Below, in pieces: positions 24,766 through 37,584 of a DNA stretch of 64,000 nt (position 1 is its first letter; each line of letters opens with the position of its first letter). The notes beneath the pieces were generated by a model. The model was not told the DNA's origin, did no database searches, and saw nothing but the letters and a program-made list of their open reading frames with translations. Location: contig JAGIQG010000024.1 in NCBI GenBank assembly GCA_024679065.1, forward strand, positions 18,910,001 through 18,974,000. Reading direction: 5' to 3'. A program made the position numbers and the translations under genes. This stretch comes from Sphyrna mokarran. Taxonomy: Eukaryota.

Positions 24766-24974
24766 TGTTTTTGTTTCTCAAAATAATGGTCTGAAATACT
24801 AAAATATCTATAACAAAAGAGCATGAAGAAAATTCAAACTCAATTCCATTAGTCTTTGCTTCCTCCTATTATCCATCCACTGGCCTTTACAGCAATAGCA
24901 TTTTTTTGGCGTTATTAAAGATGACTGGTTCCTGACTCCCTTCATCTTCTCTCCTACACCCCCCTTTCTTCAAA

Positions 24975-25098
24975 GAGGAGTTTTCCTGACCCACCACAAT
25001 GGGAATTGTAGCGGGTAGGACACAGACCATACAAAGGTCCATTGACTTTGGATGGGATTTTCTGGTCTTAGGGCGAGTGTGGCTGGAAAATCCCATCC
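24975..25098. mobile_element. Harbinger-type MITE
   Basis: Ends GGAAAATCCCATCC; reverse-complement homolog of 39444-39570 and related to 26480-26620. Confidence 0.7.
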
Positions 25099-25389
25099 TT
25101 GGGGTCTAATTAAGTACCTCAATACTTGAGCAAGGATCTTCAGTGGAAAGGGAGTGTTTGTTTTTCATGGACTGTCTATAAATTTTTAGCTTAACCTGAT
25201 GCAAAAGGTTGACCATATTCTATAGATGCAATGGTCACTCACCCACTCATGGCATCAAGTAGGACTTTTTGAGAAGGAGCAATTTTCTAATGTGTAATTC
25301 TTGCAAGAACGGCTTGAAATTTGAGTACATCTTTAGAAAACAGTTACCAAAACCCCACTTATTTCTGTATCTCAAGATGTGTTGTCTTG

Positions 25390-26050
25390 GATTTTTTTTT
25401 AATTCATTCATGGAACATGGGTGTCAGTGACTGGCCAGCATTTATTGCCCATTCCTAGTTGCCCTTGTTCATAAGGCAGTTGAGAGTCAACCATATTACT
25501 GTGTATCAGGAATAACATGTAAGACAGACCAGTTAAGGTTGGTAGGGGTGGCATGGTAGCACAATGGTTAACACTGCTCCCTCACAATGCCAAGGGCCCG
25601 GTTTCAATTCTGGCTTCAGGTGACTGTCTATGAGGAGTTTGCATATTGTCCCTTGTCAATATGGGTTTCCTCCTACAAATATGCAAGCTAAGTTAATTGG
25701 CCATGCTAAATTGACCCTTCGGAAGATTAGTATGGTAAATACATGGGGTTAGGGTATAGGGCTTGGCTGGGATTGTTGTTGGTGCAGGCTGAATGAGCTG
25801 AATGGTCTCCTTCTGCACTGTTGAGTTTCTATGATTCTATGACTTCCTTCCTTAAAGAATATTAGTGGTCTAGATGTGGCTTTCCAATGATCGACAATGG
25901 TCATCAGTAGACTTTTAATTCCAGATATATTTTATTGAATTCAAATTCCTCCATCTGCTATGGTGGGAATCGAACCCTGATCCTCAGAGCATAAGTTGAG
26001 TTTCTGGATTAATAGTCTAGTGATAATATCACTAGGCTATCATCTCCCCT
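25390..26050 (-). mobile_element. tRNA-derived SINE family X with a nested HE1 (25545-25842, +)
   Basis: Tail, body and tRNA head (GGGAATCGAACC B box in reverse) continue across the HE1 insertion. Confidence 0.88.
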
Positions 26051-26929
26051 ATTAAGGCTGTTAATGTTTCCAATGAATAACAAAACAAGTAGAACTCAAT
26101 CCAAAATCCTACCTCTTGTTTATTTATGTGGCACTGTACTAATGGTGATGGGGCTAGGATATTGATTTGAGTGTGTGCGAATAATATGGTGATTTATTGG
26201 CAAATAAGCATTTAGCCATGATGCTCCATGAATTACGGTGTGAGAATAACAAGACCTCACACAATCCTGAACCTGTACCCTTGCATGATCAAGTTCTGTT
26301 TATGGTGTCCAGCAGAGGTTGAGGAGTAATCATTGTATCTCATCCCATGACTGGCAAAGATGTGTAGCAGGAAGGGATTAATTAGAACTTTGAGAAACCA
26401 GCAAAACAAGTCTCTTAAGCCAAAAAGTAATGTGTGGCAAGAGAACAAGGGAACACATGTTCAATCTGGAGAAAGGAGATATTGTTCTCACGTGTCAGGC
26501 TGGCTTGTATGGCCTCACACAACCTGAGACCGGAAAATCCCGCCCAGAATCGACAAACGTGCCCATTGTCTGCCTTTCTCCTGCTCCAATTCCTGGACGG
26601 GCAGGGTGGTAGAATTCTGGCGATTGTGACAAACACTGTTAGGTATCAGCCTTGAACCAGTGATAGCATTCTCATCTCAGAGTCAATCGATTGTGCTTCA
26701 AACTTAATGCCCTCATTTTAATCCCTTGTGCTGAACTGTCCACCACTGTGAGCTTTCTTTGCTCCATATCTGGATCTGTTGTAGACTAATGGGTAGAGAT
26801 TGAATGCCACGGTCACTAAACAACTCTTTTATTGTTGTATCATTCAACTCCACATTGTAAGAAAAGGCAGGCTAGATGAACCTTAGTCTTATTTTTCTGT
26901 CCAGCAATTCCTATGATTCAAATGTTGAC

Positions 26930-27500
26930 AGAAGAGGAATGAGACTGATGTATATCTGACAATGTCAAATAAGTGGAAAAGTGCTGAAAAATTCACGAGA
27001 CAGGTTGGTAGAATGGGCAGAAACAAGGTGGATACAGTTCAGTCCAGGTAGTCTTTAAGGACAAGAACAATGAAGGGAAGTGGACTAGAAATGACAACCC
27101 CTTAACAGTGGAGGCACAGGGTTCAGGTTTTTACATGGAATTCTTAATTTATGTGTTTCCATTAACTACTAAAATATGGAAGTAATTTTGAACATGTAGA
27201 AAGTGTTGGTTGAGTTCCAGGTTTGAATATTTCTTGCATTTAAGGAAGAATATTAAATCCAAAGAAAGAGTACAGCAACGGTTCACTGAAACAATATTAA
27301 CAATATGGAACAGGCCAGATAAATAGAGGCATTTTACCAGTCAGTCATTGTTAACATGTTTTTCTGAAAGTTTATAGCTATGAAATAAGTCTCAAAAACC
27401 TAAAGTTTTCAGAACAAAGGAATTAAGAAAGTTTAGTAAAAGTAGAAATTAGTAATGAGAAACAGAAAGTTGTCACTGGGTGGAGAATTGAGATGACTCA
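26930..27500 (+). mobile_element. Very old CR1 ORF2 fragment
   Basis: TTAAGGAAGAATATT...GAAAGAGTACAGCAACGGTTCACT (ERVQQRFT). Confidence 0.6.
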
Positions 27501-27824
27501 GAATTTACATATCCAGATGTGTTGTGATTAATGTCTCACTGTTTATTTTTTCTTAAGTTTGATGAGACAATTCTCAAAATATGCTCCTTAGTGATGGGAG
27601 ATTACCAATTGTTTGAAGCTATTTTTCAAATTAGACAATTGGATAATCACAGAATTCAATTCATTCACATCGGTGGGTGTGAGTTGAATAATGTAAAAGT
27701 TCTTGCAAGTTGTTTACTTGTGTGCTATAGGAGACAATAGGATAAATGTTCACACTTTCTTTCTGGATGATATTCCGGCAGAGCAGAAGGCCCACACATT
27801 GTAACACCCACCTGATTCTCATTC

Positions 27825-27905
27825 CACATTCTCGCCTTTGAGTCAGAAGGTTGTGGCTTCAAGCCCCACTCCCGGGATTTGGGCACAAGTTGAGACCTAG
27901 GAAAA
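27825..27905 (+). mobile_element. Deu-SINE tRNA-like head
   Basis: CATTCTCGCCTTTGAGTCAGAAGGTTGTGGCTTCAAGCCCCACTCC. Confidence 0.7.
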
Positions 27906-28033
27906 GGGGAGTGTCTGACCATGGGCATTTTGCTAAAGATTCCCTCACCCCATTACCCGTCTCTAGCCTCAAGAAGCAATAGAAAGAGAATATGAGATTT
28001 GTCCAAACAGTGCCAGTTTCTGCAGCAGAAAAA

Positions 28034-28340
28034 AGTTTAAGTTTATTTATTAGGGTCGCAAGTAGGCTTACATTAACACTGCAATGAAGCTACTGTGGAA
28101 ATCCTGTAGTTGCCACACTCCAGCACCTGTTTGGATACATTGAGGGAAAATTTAGCATGGTTAATACATCTAACCAACACATCTTTTGGACTGTGAGAGG
28201 AAACCGGAGCATCCAGAGGAAGCACACGCAGACATGGGGAGAATGTGCAGACTTTGCATAAAAAACACCCTAGCCTGGAATCAAACCCAGGTACCTGCAG
28301 CTGTGAGGCAGCAGCGCTAACCACTCTGCCACTGTGCCCA
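28034..28340 (-). mobile_element. HE1 SINE, tail type B
   Basis: AAGTTTATTTATTAG...AAGTAGGCTTACATTAACAC tail and reverse head. Confidence 0.95.
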
Positions 28341-28344
28341 ACAG

Positions 28345-28520
28345 GAAGCCAGGAAGGGTAAAATGGAATCCTTCCCTCTGTGGGTACAGGACTTCTCACA
28401 TCTTCTGGTCATCCTCCACCAGCACATCAGGTGGCATGTCCAAGAACCTGCAAGCTCTTCCTCCTCAGTATCTAAGCCATCTTGCAACAAGTCACTGTAT
28501 ATTAGCCAGTGCACTTCACA
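28345..28520 (-). pseudogene. Harbinger Myb/SANT fragment
   Basis: Frameshifted RR/EVLYPQREG resembles RRKDVLY of the copy at 53400. Confidence 0.4.
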
Positions 28521-28749
28521 TCTTCATTCAAAGTGGGCGTGAAGAGCCCACGTATATGATTGCAAGAAAATTGCATATAAGCAGTGCTCAAGCCGCAGGC
28601 TTCTGGTTTAACACCTCCGTGCAAGTTCAAATTGTTGTAATTTAGCAATTAGATCATAACTGTGTGTTAAATCTAGGCTTTCAGATAGATGTGTCTTAAT
28701 AGCACGGCGTCATTTACTGCCCGTTTTCATCTTATGACCAAAATATACA

Positions 28750-29340
28750 CTCCACCTGATTATTATCACGATGTTGTTTGTGGGAGTTCATTGTGTACAG
28801 ATTGGTTGCTGCATTTATAACAGAGACTATCTGGAGGTCCTGTGGTGCAGTGGGTACTATCCCTGCCTCTGAGCTAGAAGCTTTAGGTTCATATCCTACT
28901 TGATCTCAAGTGAGATACATTCATAACACAGGAAAGCCGGTCGAGTATCAACTTCCAATCCTTCCAATATATGGCAATGACAGACAGCCGTAGTGAGAGT
29001 GATTCCTATGATGGAAATAAATTAGCGCCTTCACCATCATGAATATAACTCCGAGCCATGACATGCACGTAAAAATGTATATTGCCACAGCTATATGGAC
29101 TCTTTGAAGAGGTTGGCTTTGTTGAACAGCCAGCATGGATCTGACTGGCTCAATCCATGGGTTGGATTTGGGACTTGCCTTAGCCTTGATGGAGATTTTG
29201 GGTCAAGCCTACCTATAGCCAAAGATCTCGAGAGGAAGAAGAACAGTGACTATGCTTCAACAATTCAACATTAGCTGTAAAGTGCTTTGGGATTATTCCC
29301 AAGGTTACGAATAGTGCTATCTATGGGCAATTCCTTTCTT
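28750..29340 (+). mobile_element. Deu-domain SINE 3' half split by another SINE
   Basis: TGTTGTTTGTGGGAGTT...AACAGAGACTAT | AACAGTGACTAT...GCTGTAAAGTGCTTTGGGA. Confidence 0.8.
28831..29241 (+). mobile_element. tRNA-headed SINE ('family Y') with a 12-bp target-site duplication
   Basis: Head TGTGGTGCAGTGGG...GGTTCATATCC, tail GAGGAAGAAG, flanks AACAGAGACTAT and AACAGTGACTAT. Confidence 0.75.
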
Positions 29341-30027
29341 TATTTTGCAATGACTGGGGTTGACAATAACTTCATGCAAAACTGATTTGCAATCTTGCAA
29401 GAGACTGAGGAAAAGGAAACTCCCAGCTCTGGGAATCACGTTCCCCTGTCCTGTTCCCTCTAATAGAAACTCCACTCTTTACTAGACCAGGTTAGAAAAT
29501 CAAAGGCAATGTAGACATACCTTGGGAGTGGTGGAGAACTAGCGATGAGCAATAAATGCTGCCTAGCCATCGACACCCACATCCCACAAATTAATAAAAA
29601 CACTGCCATACAAAATGCATGGCTCCTTTAAGATGGTACATTTTTGCAACCTTGAGCGCTTCCTCCTCTCACCCTGTGGTCAGAAGCAGTCATTAAAATC
29701 TGATAAATCATCAAGTTTGACATTAGAAAAACATTCATTTTCACTCTCACAGACTTGCAGAGATAAATGCAAATACAACTGATACAAAACTAATTAGTAT
29801 TTATTATAATCCAGGCACTAATTAGTTTCATTGAAGCTTGAACATGAAGGTCTATTGCTGCTAATGTGCAGTTTGAAGAAAGGATTAAATGAATGTCCAT
29901 CTTTTGATATGCAACACCGAAATATGACAGAGACCACATTGAGGCACTGAAGCGATGTACCAGGCTGTACCCAGGAGCTAGATTTTCACAGGACTTCAGG
30001 TTCTGAATATTAACAGTCCTAAAATTC

Positions 30028-30296
30028 AAAGTTTATTTATTAGTGTCAGAAGTAGGCTTACATTGACACTGCAATGAAGTTACTGCAAAAATCCCCTCAT
30101 CGTTACAGGCACACTGAGGGTGAATTTAGAATAGCCAATGCACCTTTCAGACTATGATGGGAAACCAGAGCAGCTAGAGGAAATCCACAGGGAGAATGTG
30201 TAGCCTCCGCACAGACAGTGACCCGAGTTGGGAATCGAACACATGTTCCTGGTGCTGTGAGGCAGCAGTGCTAACTACTGTGCCACTATGCTGCCG
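30028..30296 (-). mobile_element. HE1 SINE, tail type B
   Basis: Same tail and head as 28034. Confidence 0.92.
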
Positions 30297-30559
30297 AACT
30301 TGTGGGTAACCTCTGGGACAGCTTATGAGGTGGGTGGGGGTGGAAGGAGGGGTGGGAAACATGGTCGTTGCAAATTAATGACCTCTTAAGCTCATTAAGG
30401 AATCCCTTTACCCTTGTGCTGTCTTGCTTTTTGGTTTGATCATGAGTTTGCTAAAATTCATTTTTGCAGAGTTCTGACAGAAAGTCATTCATCTGAAACT
30501 TTAACCCAAACTTGTATATATAGAGCACCTTTTACAGCACTTGACAGGTGATACGGTAT

Positions 30560-30805
30560 CAATGAGTGGGTTTTGAAAACAAGAAGAGATTGTGGATTAT
30601 GTTTGTATGACAACCAACCTGATAGAAAGCCACCATTTAAGGTAGAGGTAGGTGGATTCTTGTTAGGCAGGGGAATCAAAGCTTATTGGAATTGTAGGAA
30701 TGTTGAACTTGAAGCACAAACAGATCAATCATGATCTTATTGATTACAGCCGGATCACACTGAGGGGCCAAATGGCCCATCTCTGCTCCTATTTTGTTTG
30801 TATGT
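30560..30805 (+). mobile_element. CR1 3' UTR fragment
   Basis: TTTAAGGTAGAGGTAGGTGGATTCTTG...GAGGGGCCAAATGGCCCATCTCTGCTCCTAT. Confidence 0.75.
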
Positions 30806-31084
30806 TCATATATTGGTATTTAAATAAGGGTTACCATTCCCAATGCAGAGCTTCATACAACACGAGGACAGAGGTGAGGCAGATGACAATGAATACCCAA
30901 ATTCAGGCTCAAATTCATAATGTTCACTCCTGTCACACACAAAACTCTTTTGGAATTATAGGTGCAATCCACAAGGGTTATCCTGGATTTTCCAGGAATT
31001 GGATAGTAATTTCTTGAGTACTGCTGCAAACAGCACCAAAGAAGAAAAATCCAAGGGCTATTGAAGAATAAATCTAGTGGATTT

Positions 31085-31690
31085 ATTATTTATTCATTCA
31101 TAGGATGTGGATGTCACTGGTTATACAGCTTTTTGTTGCACATCTCTGATCTTCCTTGAGAAGGTGGTGCTGAGCTACATCCTTCAATACAACAGAAGGC
31201 TTGCTAGGTATTTCAGAGAACAGTTAATATTCAACCACATTGCTGTGGGCCTGGAGCCACATACAGGCTAGACCAGGGATTGCTGACAGGGTTCATAGAA
31301 TTATAGAATCCTACACTGCAGAAGGAGGCCATTTGACCTATCGAGTCTGCACCGACCATAATCCCACTCAGGGCTAATCCCCATTACCCAATGCATTTTC
31401 CCTAACTGGTCCCTTTGACACTAAGGATCAATTTAGTATGGCCAATCAACTTAACCTACACATCTTTGGATTGTGGGAGAAAACCAGAGCACCCAGAGAA
31501 AACCTACACAGACACAGGGAGAATGTGCAAACTCCACACAGACAGTGACCCAAGCCAGGAATCAAATTCAGGTCCCTGGTTCTGTGAGGCAGCAGGACTA
31601 ACCACTGTACTATTGTGCCGCCCCCTCGTGATTTTTATGACAATCCAGGAAGTTAAAGCTTATTATTACCAATACTAGCCTTCTGATTCT
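31085..31690 (-). mobile_element. SINE family X interrupted by a full-length HE1 (31294-31622, -)
   Basis: X tail and body up to 31290, HE1 with tail A, then X body resumes (TTTTTATGACAATC). Confidence 0.8.
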
Positions 31691-31699
31691 ATATTTTAG

Positions 31700-31817
31700 A
31701 ACATACAACATAGAAAAACTACAGCACAAAGAGGCCCTTCAGCCACAAGTTGCACCAATCATATCCCTACCTACTAGGTTTACCTATAACCCTTAATCCT
31801 ATTAAGTCCCATGTACA
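31700..31817 (-). mobile_element. Short 3' tail of the young CR1 family
   Basis: CATAGAAAAACTACAGCACAAAGAGGCCCTTCAGCCACAAGTTG matches 44590-44640 in reverse. Confidence 0.8.
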
Positions 31818-32499
31818 TTTTATTTAATTAATTAGATTGAAACACCCAAGCTTAAGATTTGAACTCACATTGCTACATCATTAATTCACATTGCTTCTTC
31901 ATTCTCCTGGAACACTTATTAAGTTATAAAAATGCCAGGGGTGGATCGCTTAATTGACAGTAAAGAATCATCTAATCTGGTAATGAAGAGACTGTTCTCT
32001 TTCTGATTGGCCACTTCAAGGATGGACATGTTGAACAACCAATGGCAGAGGCTTGTGGGTGGGAAAGTTGGAAGTGGGAGGCCTTAAAATCTCCAAGAAT
32101 TCATCCAACAAGAGTTGGCAATCCTAACTGGAGTGCTAAATCAAAATGTTTACCTCATAGTTTTGTGTACAAATGTTGTGACAGGGTACAGATTGGTACA
32201 AACACTTGTACTAATAATATCTGTGTGCTATTTAAACACAGACTGTTTACTACTGCTTGTGTTAAATAAAAATCTTCAGAGAATGATAGAAGTGTTCCTT
32301 CCAACGTCAAATAAAAAAGAGCTACCCCACAGCCAAACTTCTGCGCCATCGTCTTTCATACTCACATTTGGTTACCTTTTCCTTCACTTACAGCTTGGCA
32401 CCGCAATACTGTCCCTTCACCAGCCCTCTTTTTAACAGCCAGTCAAACAGCCATTTTAATTCATCTCCAATATGACAATTATAGCTTAATTATTGAAAA

Positions 32500-32700
32500 T
32501 ATGCAAAGCAATTTGTTCGGCAAAAGTATATTAGCCTTTTATGCCAGGCATTTGCAGTATAAGAGCCAGAAAGTCTTGCTGCTATTATATAAGGGCTTTG
32601 GTGACACCACATCTAGAATACTGTGCACTATTTTGTTCTCCTACCTAAGGAGGGATATACTCGTCTCAGAAGGAATACAAACAACAATATTTCACTGAAT
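32500..32700 (+). mobile_element. CR1 ORF2 fragment
   Basis: LAFYARHLQYKSQKVLLLLYK...SYLRRDIL. Confidence 0.8.
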
Positions 32701-33289
32701 CATGAAGCATCTATATCTGTTGGGATTGCTCCTGATTTAGAATAGAGACAACTAATTTCTCAAACCAGTTTCTCCAGGCATGGTTTTTTTTGGCAATAGA
32801 CACAGCTTCCTGCTGTGTGAGCTACAATCCCAAAATAGTTCTCTAGCATGAAGTGAATATGACTGTCATATACTATTTTTCCTTTTGATCTTTATCTAAA
32901 CCAACCTTCCCAGAAGTCAGTTTTTAATTACCTTTAATACATGAACTCACCTTTTTATAAAAAAAAATGAAGATTCACGGTGAGAATTTTTACCACCTTT
33001 TAACTTTTGACAGTGCATTTCCCATTTTTACCAACTTGCCTTTGTTCATAATATTGCAAGACTAATCAGCATATCAAAGCCCTTGATTTTTAACCCAGCC
33101 AATCTGTCTTTCTTACAATTTCTGTTTTAAGAAGTTTTTTTTCCCCCTTTAAACATTCAACTACAAGAACACATCCCCAATAATTGGATTTTTTATTTTA
33201 CCCATTTTATCACAATCTCCTAACAGATAAAACAGACTATGCAATGGGAGTGGAAGAGATGCCAATCAAGATGGATGGCATCCCTTCCA

Positions 33290-33657
33290 GTCTCATTGCA
33301 CAGTAGCAGCTGTGTGTACTATCTACAAGATGCAAAGCAGGAACTCGCCAAGGCTCCTTAAGCAGAATCTCCCAAACCCATAATTGCTAGCATTGAAAAG
33401 GAGAAGGGATATGGGAACACCACTACTTAGAAATTTACCTCCAAGCCACACACCATCCTGACTTGGAAATATGTTGCCGTTCCTACACTGTGACTGGATC
33501 AAAATTCTGGAACTCCCTCCCTAACAGTAGGCATCCCTACACCACAGTGGTTCAAGAAGGCAGCTTACAATCACTTTCTCAAGGGCAATTGAAATAGGCA
33601 ATGAATGCTAGCCTAGCCAGTGACACCTACATTCCCTGAATGAATAACAAAAAAAAT
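33290..33657 (+). mobile_element. 3' end of the jockey-like LINE
   Basis: Colinear with 17740-18090; A-rich end. Confidence 0.88.
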
Positions 33658-33659
33658 GA

Positions 33660-35560
33660 TGAATATGGAACTGTCTATGCCCAAAATTCCATCCCTTATG
33701 GTGTGTTTTGAGCCATCTGCTATATTCCCAGATTGCAAAGTGCTTGCAATGCTTTGAAGAGGCAATAGCAAGTTTTGCTGCCATGAAGGACAATAGGAAA
33801 ACAATTTTATTTCTTCAATATGACAGTAAAGAATTAGAAGACATTTTTGAAGCATAGCTGGGCAAAATGACTATGACTCAGATACAAGAGCACTAACATC
33901 CTGTTTTATGTCCAGGAAAAACACAAGAATGAAACAATCATTTTCAGATGCACAAAGGTAGATGTCAATTGACCAGTATCGCACACTCTTGAGGCAACCA
34001 AATGTGACTTTGATCTTTTGGAATAGGCTGAAAGGAAAATAAAAGCACAAATCATCAAAGATTGTCATTCCAGCTAACTATACCGAAAAGCACTTGAAAA
34101 AGACAGAAGGCTGCCAGGGTTGTTGGAGCGAGCAAGATCACAGTTGCTTTCCAAGTCCAGAATTACTGAAGTTGCGGCTGTCAAAAACCACACTTCAAGT
34201 TATACTCTTGCAAAGATGAATAATTGCTTACATACCAGTAAAGCTATTCCAGCAATGCCACAGAGAGCTGTGACTTGTCTACACAATGCTTCCTCTGCTA
34301 CAGTGTTTAACCACATTGAATGGAGTATTCTGCCAAATGCAAAGCTTATGGAAAGCTCAACCAGTTGGTTTGTGTTTATCAGGAAAATCAACTAATCAGA
34401 CAAATATTAACAGAAGGGTGCCACATTTGTGTGCCAAGGCAAAAGGGCAAGAGAATGGAGCCAATGCCGAGATGCATGATCCTGAACATAATTTTGTGCT
34501 CTTTCAGACAGAGAAGATAGCCACTGTGAGATTGGCCATTGGTTGCTCCCATGATACGGGAGAATCTGCACCCACTCCAGCACCTTCATTCACAACAACT
34601 TACCCTGCACGTGTGCATCTGACTATCAAACAATGATTGTCAGCAAGTTGCACAAGTGCCCATTTCAATCCTGAAAGAACCACTAAGCTCATTGTAGTTG
34701 CACGTTTGGTTAGAGTAAGTACAGTTGTTGGTGCATGTCTGATTAGCGTTAGGTACAGTTGTTGATGCATGTTTGGTTAGGGATAGGTATGGTTGTTGGT
34801 GCTAGTCTGATTAGGGTCAGGTATGGTCATTCATGTGGGCCTGGTTAGGATTAGATATCGTTGTTGATGCAGGTCTGCTTAGGGTTAGGTACAGTTGTTG
34901 GTGCAGATCTGGTTAGGATTGGGTATGGTTGTTGATGGTGGTCTAGTTAGGGTTAGATACAGTTGTTGGTGCAGTTTTAGTTAGGATTAGGTATGTTTGT
35001 TGGTGCAAATCCGGTTAGGGTTAGGTATGGTTGTAGATGCAGGTTTGGTTAGGATTAGGTACAGTTGTTGGTGGAGGTCTGGTTAGGATTAGCTGAGGTT
35101 CTCATATAAAAAGGCAAGGCAGGAATGTATCAATTGATGCAATAGCAAGTAAATCATTAACACCTGTAGAGCAGCGTTATTCACAACAGAGAGAAAAGTG
35201 CTCTCAATTGCATTTTTATCTCTATATGTGTGGAAGAAAGTTTGAAGCTATAGCCAATTATAAACAAGTAACCTTGTTGAATAATCCACATAGCAAACCA
35301 CCTACTGTAATAATGCATTGGATGCTCAAACTACAAGAGGATGGGTTCCATGTTGAGTGTCAGCCAGGGAAGCTCAACCCAGTGGACTATTGATTACATT
35401 TGTTGCCAACAGTCAATTATACTAATCGTGAGGAAACAACATCTTAACTGTGTAAGCTTAAATGCGTTGCCAAAATCTCTAAACTAGCTGGCACCAAACT
35501 GGAAACAAAACAAGATGCAGCACTCCAATAGAGTGTGATGGCTATCTAATCAAGAAACTG
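33660..35560 (+). mobile_element. Decayed Ty3/Gypsy element: gag fused to RNase H, with protease and RT missing
   Basis: gag words IDQYRTLL, KIKAQIIKDCHSS*LYRKALEKD...LLERARS; RNase H words AHFNPERTTKLIV, ASKSLTPVEQRYSQ, SKPP...WMLKLQ...QPGKLNPVDY. Confidence 0.88.
34691..35097. repeat. 34-bp minisatellite, 12 copies, containing GGTTAGG(G/A)TTAGG
   Basis: Consensus GTTGTTG(A/G)TGCAGGTCTGGTTAGG(G/A)TTAGGTACA; first copy 33 bp, then an exact 34-bp period from 34724. Confidence 0.95.
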
Positions 35561-35562
35561 GA

Positions 35563-37560
35563 AAGAGATAAAAACAGAAAATGCTGGTAGAACTCAGGAC
35601 TGGAATTTTACCACCTCGGCCGCCATGCAAGGTTCGCAGAATAGAAATCTCCAATGGTCATGGGTGGGATTTTAAGATCTCACCAACCGAGGTCATAAAA
35701 TCCCACCCAGCATATCTGGCAGCATCTGTGAAGAGCAAAAGAGAGTTAACATTTTGGGACCGTATGAGTCTCCTTCAGAACTGAAGAGAGATAGGAATGT
35801 GATGGGAATTATGCTGTTGCAAAATGCAGGAGGGGCAAGTGGTGCAAAATAGAAAGTCAGGGATAGGTTAAAGGGTGTGGAAGGTTAAATGACAAAGGTG
35901 TAAAGGAACACAAGACAAAAGGAGTGGTAATGTTAGAATAAAGACAAAGGGTGCGATCTTACCAGCCGTTCACACCACACTCCCGTTGCAGCAAGGTCAG
36001 GGAATTTGGCAGCCAGCCAACTTTCTGTTCACTGCAGTGGGAAGGGAAAAGAAAATGGTGATAAGATTCTGGCCAAAAGCTTTGGCACGGAGAAGGTGTT
36101 AATAGCAGGACAAAGCCAGCATTGTCTGAAAGCAAAATAGCATAATGTGTTAATAGCAGAGATAGAGTCAGTGTTGCCTGAAAGCAAAAATATGAGGACA
36201 AAATATGGATTGGCACTTGGAGGGAAAAGTCAGAATGGAAGACAGATTTCATGGTCTGAAGTTATTGAATTCAATGCTGAGCCCAGAGGATTAAACAATT
36301 GGAAAGTTGGTGTCATGCTTGCAGATTGAGTGAAGATATTCCCTAAAGTGTTCACCCAGTTTGCGTTTAGTTTCCCCAGTGTAGAGGAAACCACACTGTG
36401 AGCAGTGAAGGCAGTAGACTAAATTGAATGAAGTGCAAGTTCACCTAAAAGGAAAGCTTGAGGTGTTGGAACCAAGAGGGGGGAGGAGATAAAGGAGTTA
36501 CACCTTCAGTAATTCCATGGGAAGGTGCCCTGAGAAAGGAACAAGAAGTTGGGTGAGATAAAGGAATGTCACAGAGGGAACAGTCCTTTCAGATTGCTGA
36601 TATGGGAGGTGAGCGAGAGATGTTCTCAGTTGTGGCATCATACCGGAGTTAGCAGAAATGAGGGAGGATGATCCTTTGAATATGCATGTTGGTGGGGTAG
36701 AAAGAAAGGTCAAGAGGTGGTAGGGGAAGTGGTAAGAAGTGTGGGAAATAGAGCGGAAATAAGAATCCTTGGCTGAGGGAAAAGGAAAAGATGTAAAAAG
36801 ATTCACCATGGAAGGCAGCATCATCAAAATACAAATGACAGAGATGGAGAAAATGGAAGAGTGGAATGGAGTCCTAACAGGAAACAGGGTGTGTAGAGGT
36901 GTAGTTGTGGTAACTGTGAGAGTTGGTGGGCTTGGAATGAATACTGGGAAACAGTCTGTCATCAGAGATAGAAACAAAGAGAGGCCAAGGAAGGAAGGGA
37001 AGCTTGGGAGATGGAGCATATGACGATGAGAGAAAGGTGGAAATAGGAAACAATGTAAAGAATATTTTACAGGTTGAGAAGAGAGGATGAAATAGCACTG
37101 ATACAGTCATTGCTGTACCAGAAAAATAGGAATGGAACACAAAGTGCTCACATCGCACAAGAAGACAGGCATGCAGCTATCCATAACCACTCCTTTTATT
37201 GGGAGAATTGTGACAAGTTAAAGGAGAAATTGTTCAATTAGAGAATAAGTTCAGCCAGTCAAAGAAGGGTGCTGGTGAACAGGGATTGTTCGAACCTTTG
37301 TTCATGAAAGAAGTGGAGAACCTCAGACTGTCCTGGTGGGGACGGAGGTGTAAAGGAATTGTTCATCCATAATGAATAGCAATGGTTGGAGCCAGGGAAC
37401 TGGAAATTGTTGAAATAATATTTAGGGCATCTGACAAGTCACAAATGTAGGTGGAAATGAACTGGACAAGAGGAGAGAAAATAGAGTCAAACTGGAGAGG
37501 AATAAATTCAATTGAGCACTAATAGATTGAAATGATGATCGAACAGGACAGAGAGTTATG
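35563..37560 (-). mobile_element. Penelope-like element, decayed (RT end, GIY-YIG, pseudo-LTR)
   Basis: Reverse translation near 36310-36440: TCTSFNLVYCLHCSQCGFLYTGETKRKLGEHFREYLHSI (GIY-YIG endonuclease). Confidence 0.9.
35598..35707. mobile_element. Harbinger-type MITE nested in the Penelope pseudo-LTR
   Basis: GACTGGAATTTTA ... TAAAATCCCACC flanked by CAG/CAG; removing it restores ACTCAGCA..TCTGGCAGCATCTGTG. Confidence 0.8.
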
Positions 37561-37584
37561 GACTCGCTGATGGAAGTAAAAACT

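Noticed and set aside
26257-26466. Exon-like minus-strand segment after a CTTTCTCCAG acceptor
   Set aside because: All frames from the acceptor hit stops; no recognisable protein.
34691-35097. CRISPR array or true interstitial telomere
   Set aside because: No unique spacers and no pure (TTAGGG)n run; it is a head-to-tail 34-bp minisatellite in register with Gypsy RNase H.
36498-37158. 173-aa and 94-aa minus-strand ORFs
   Set aside because: Frameshifted remnants inside the Penelope element.
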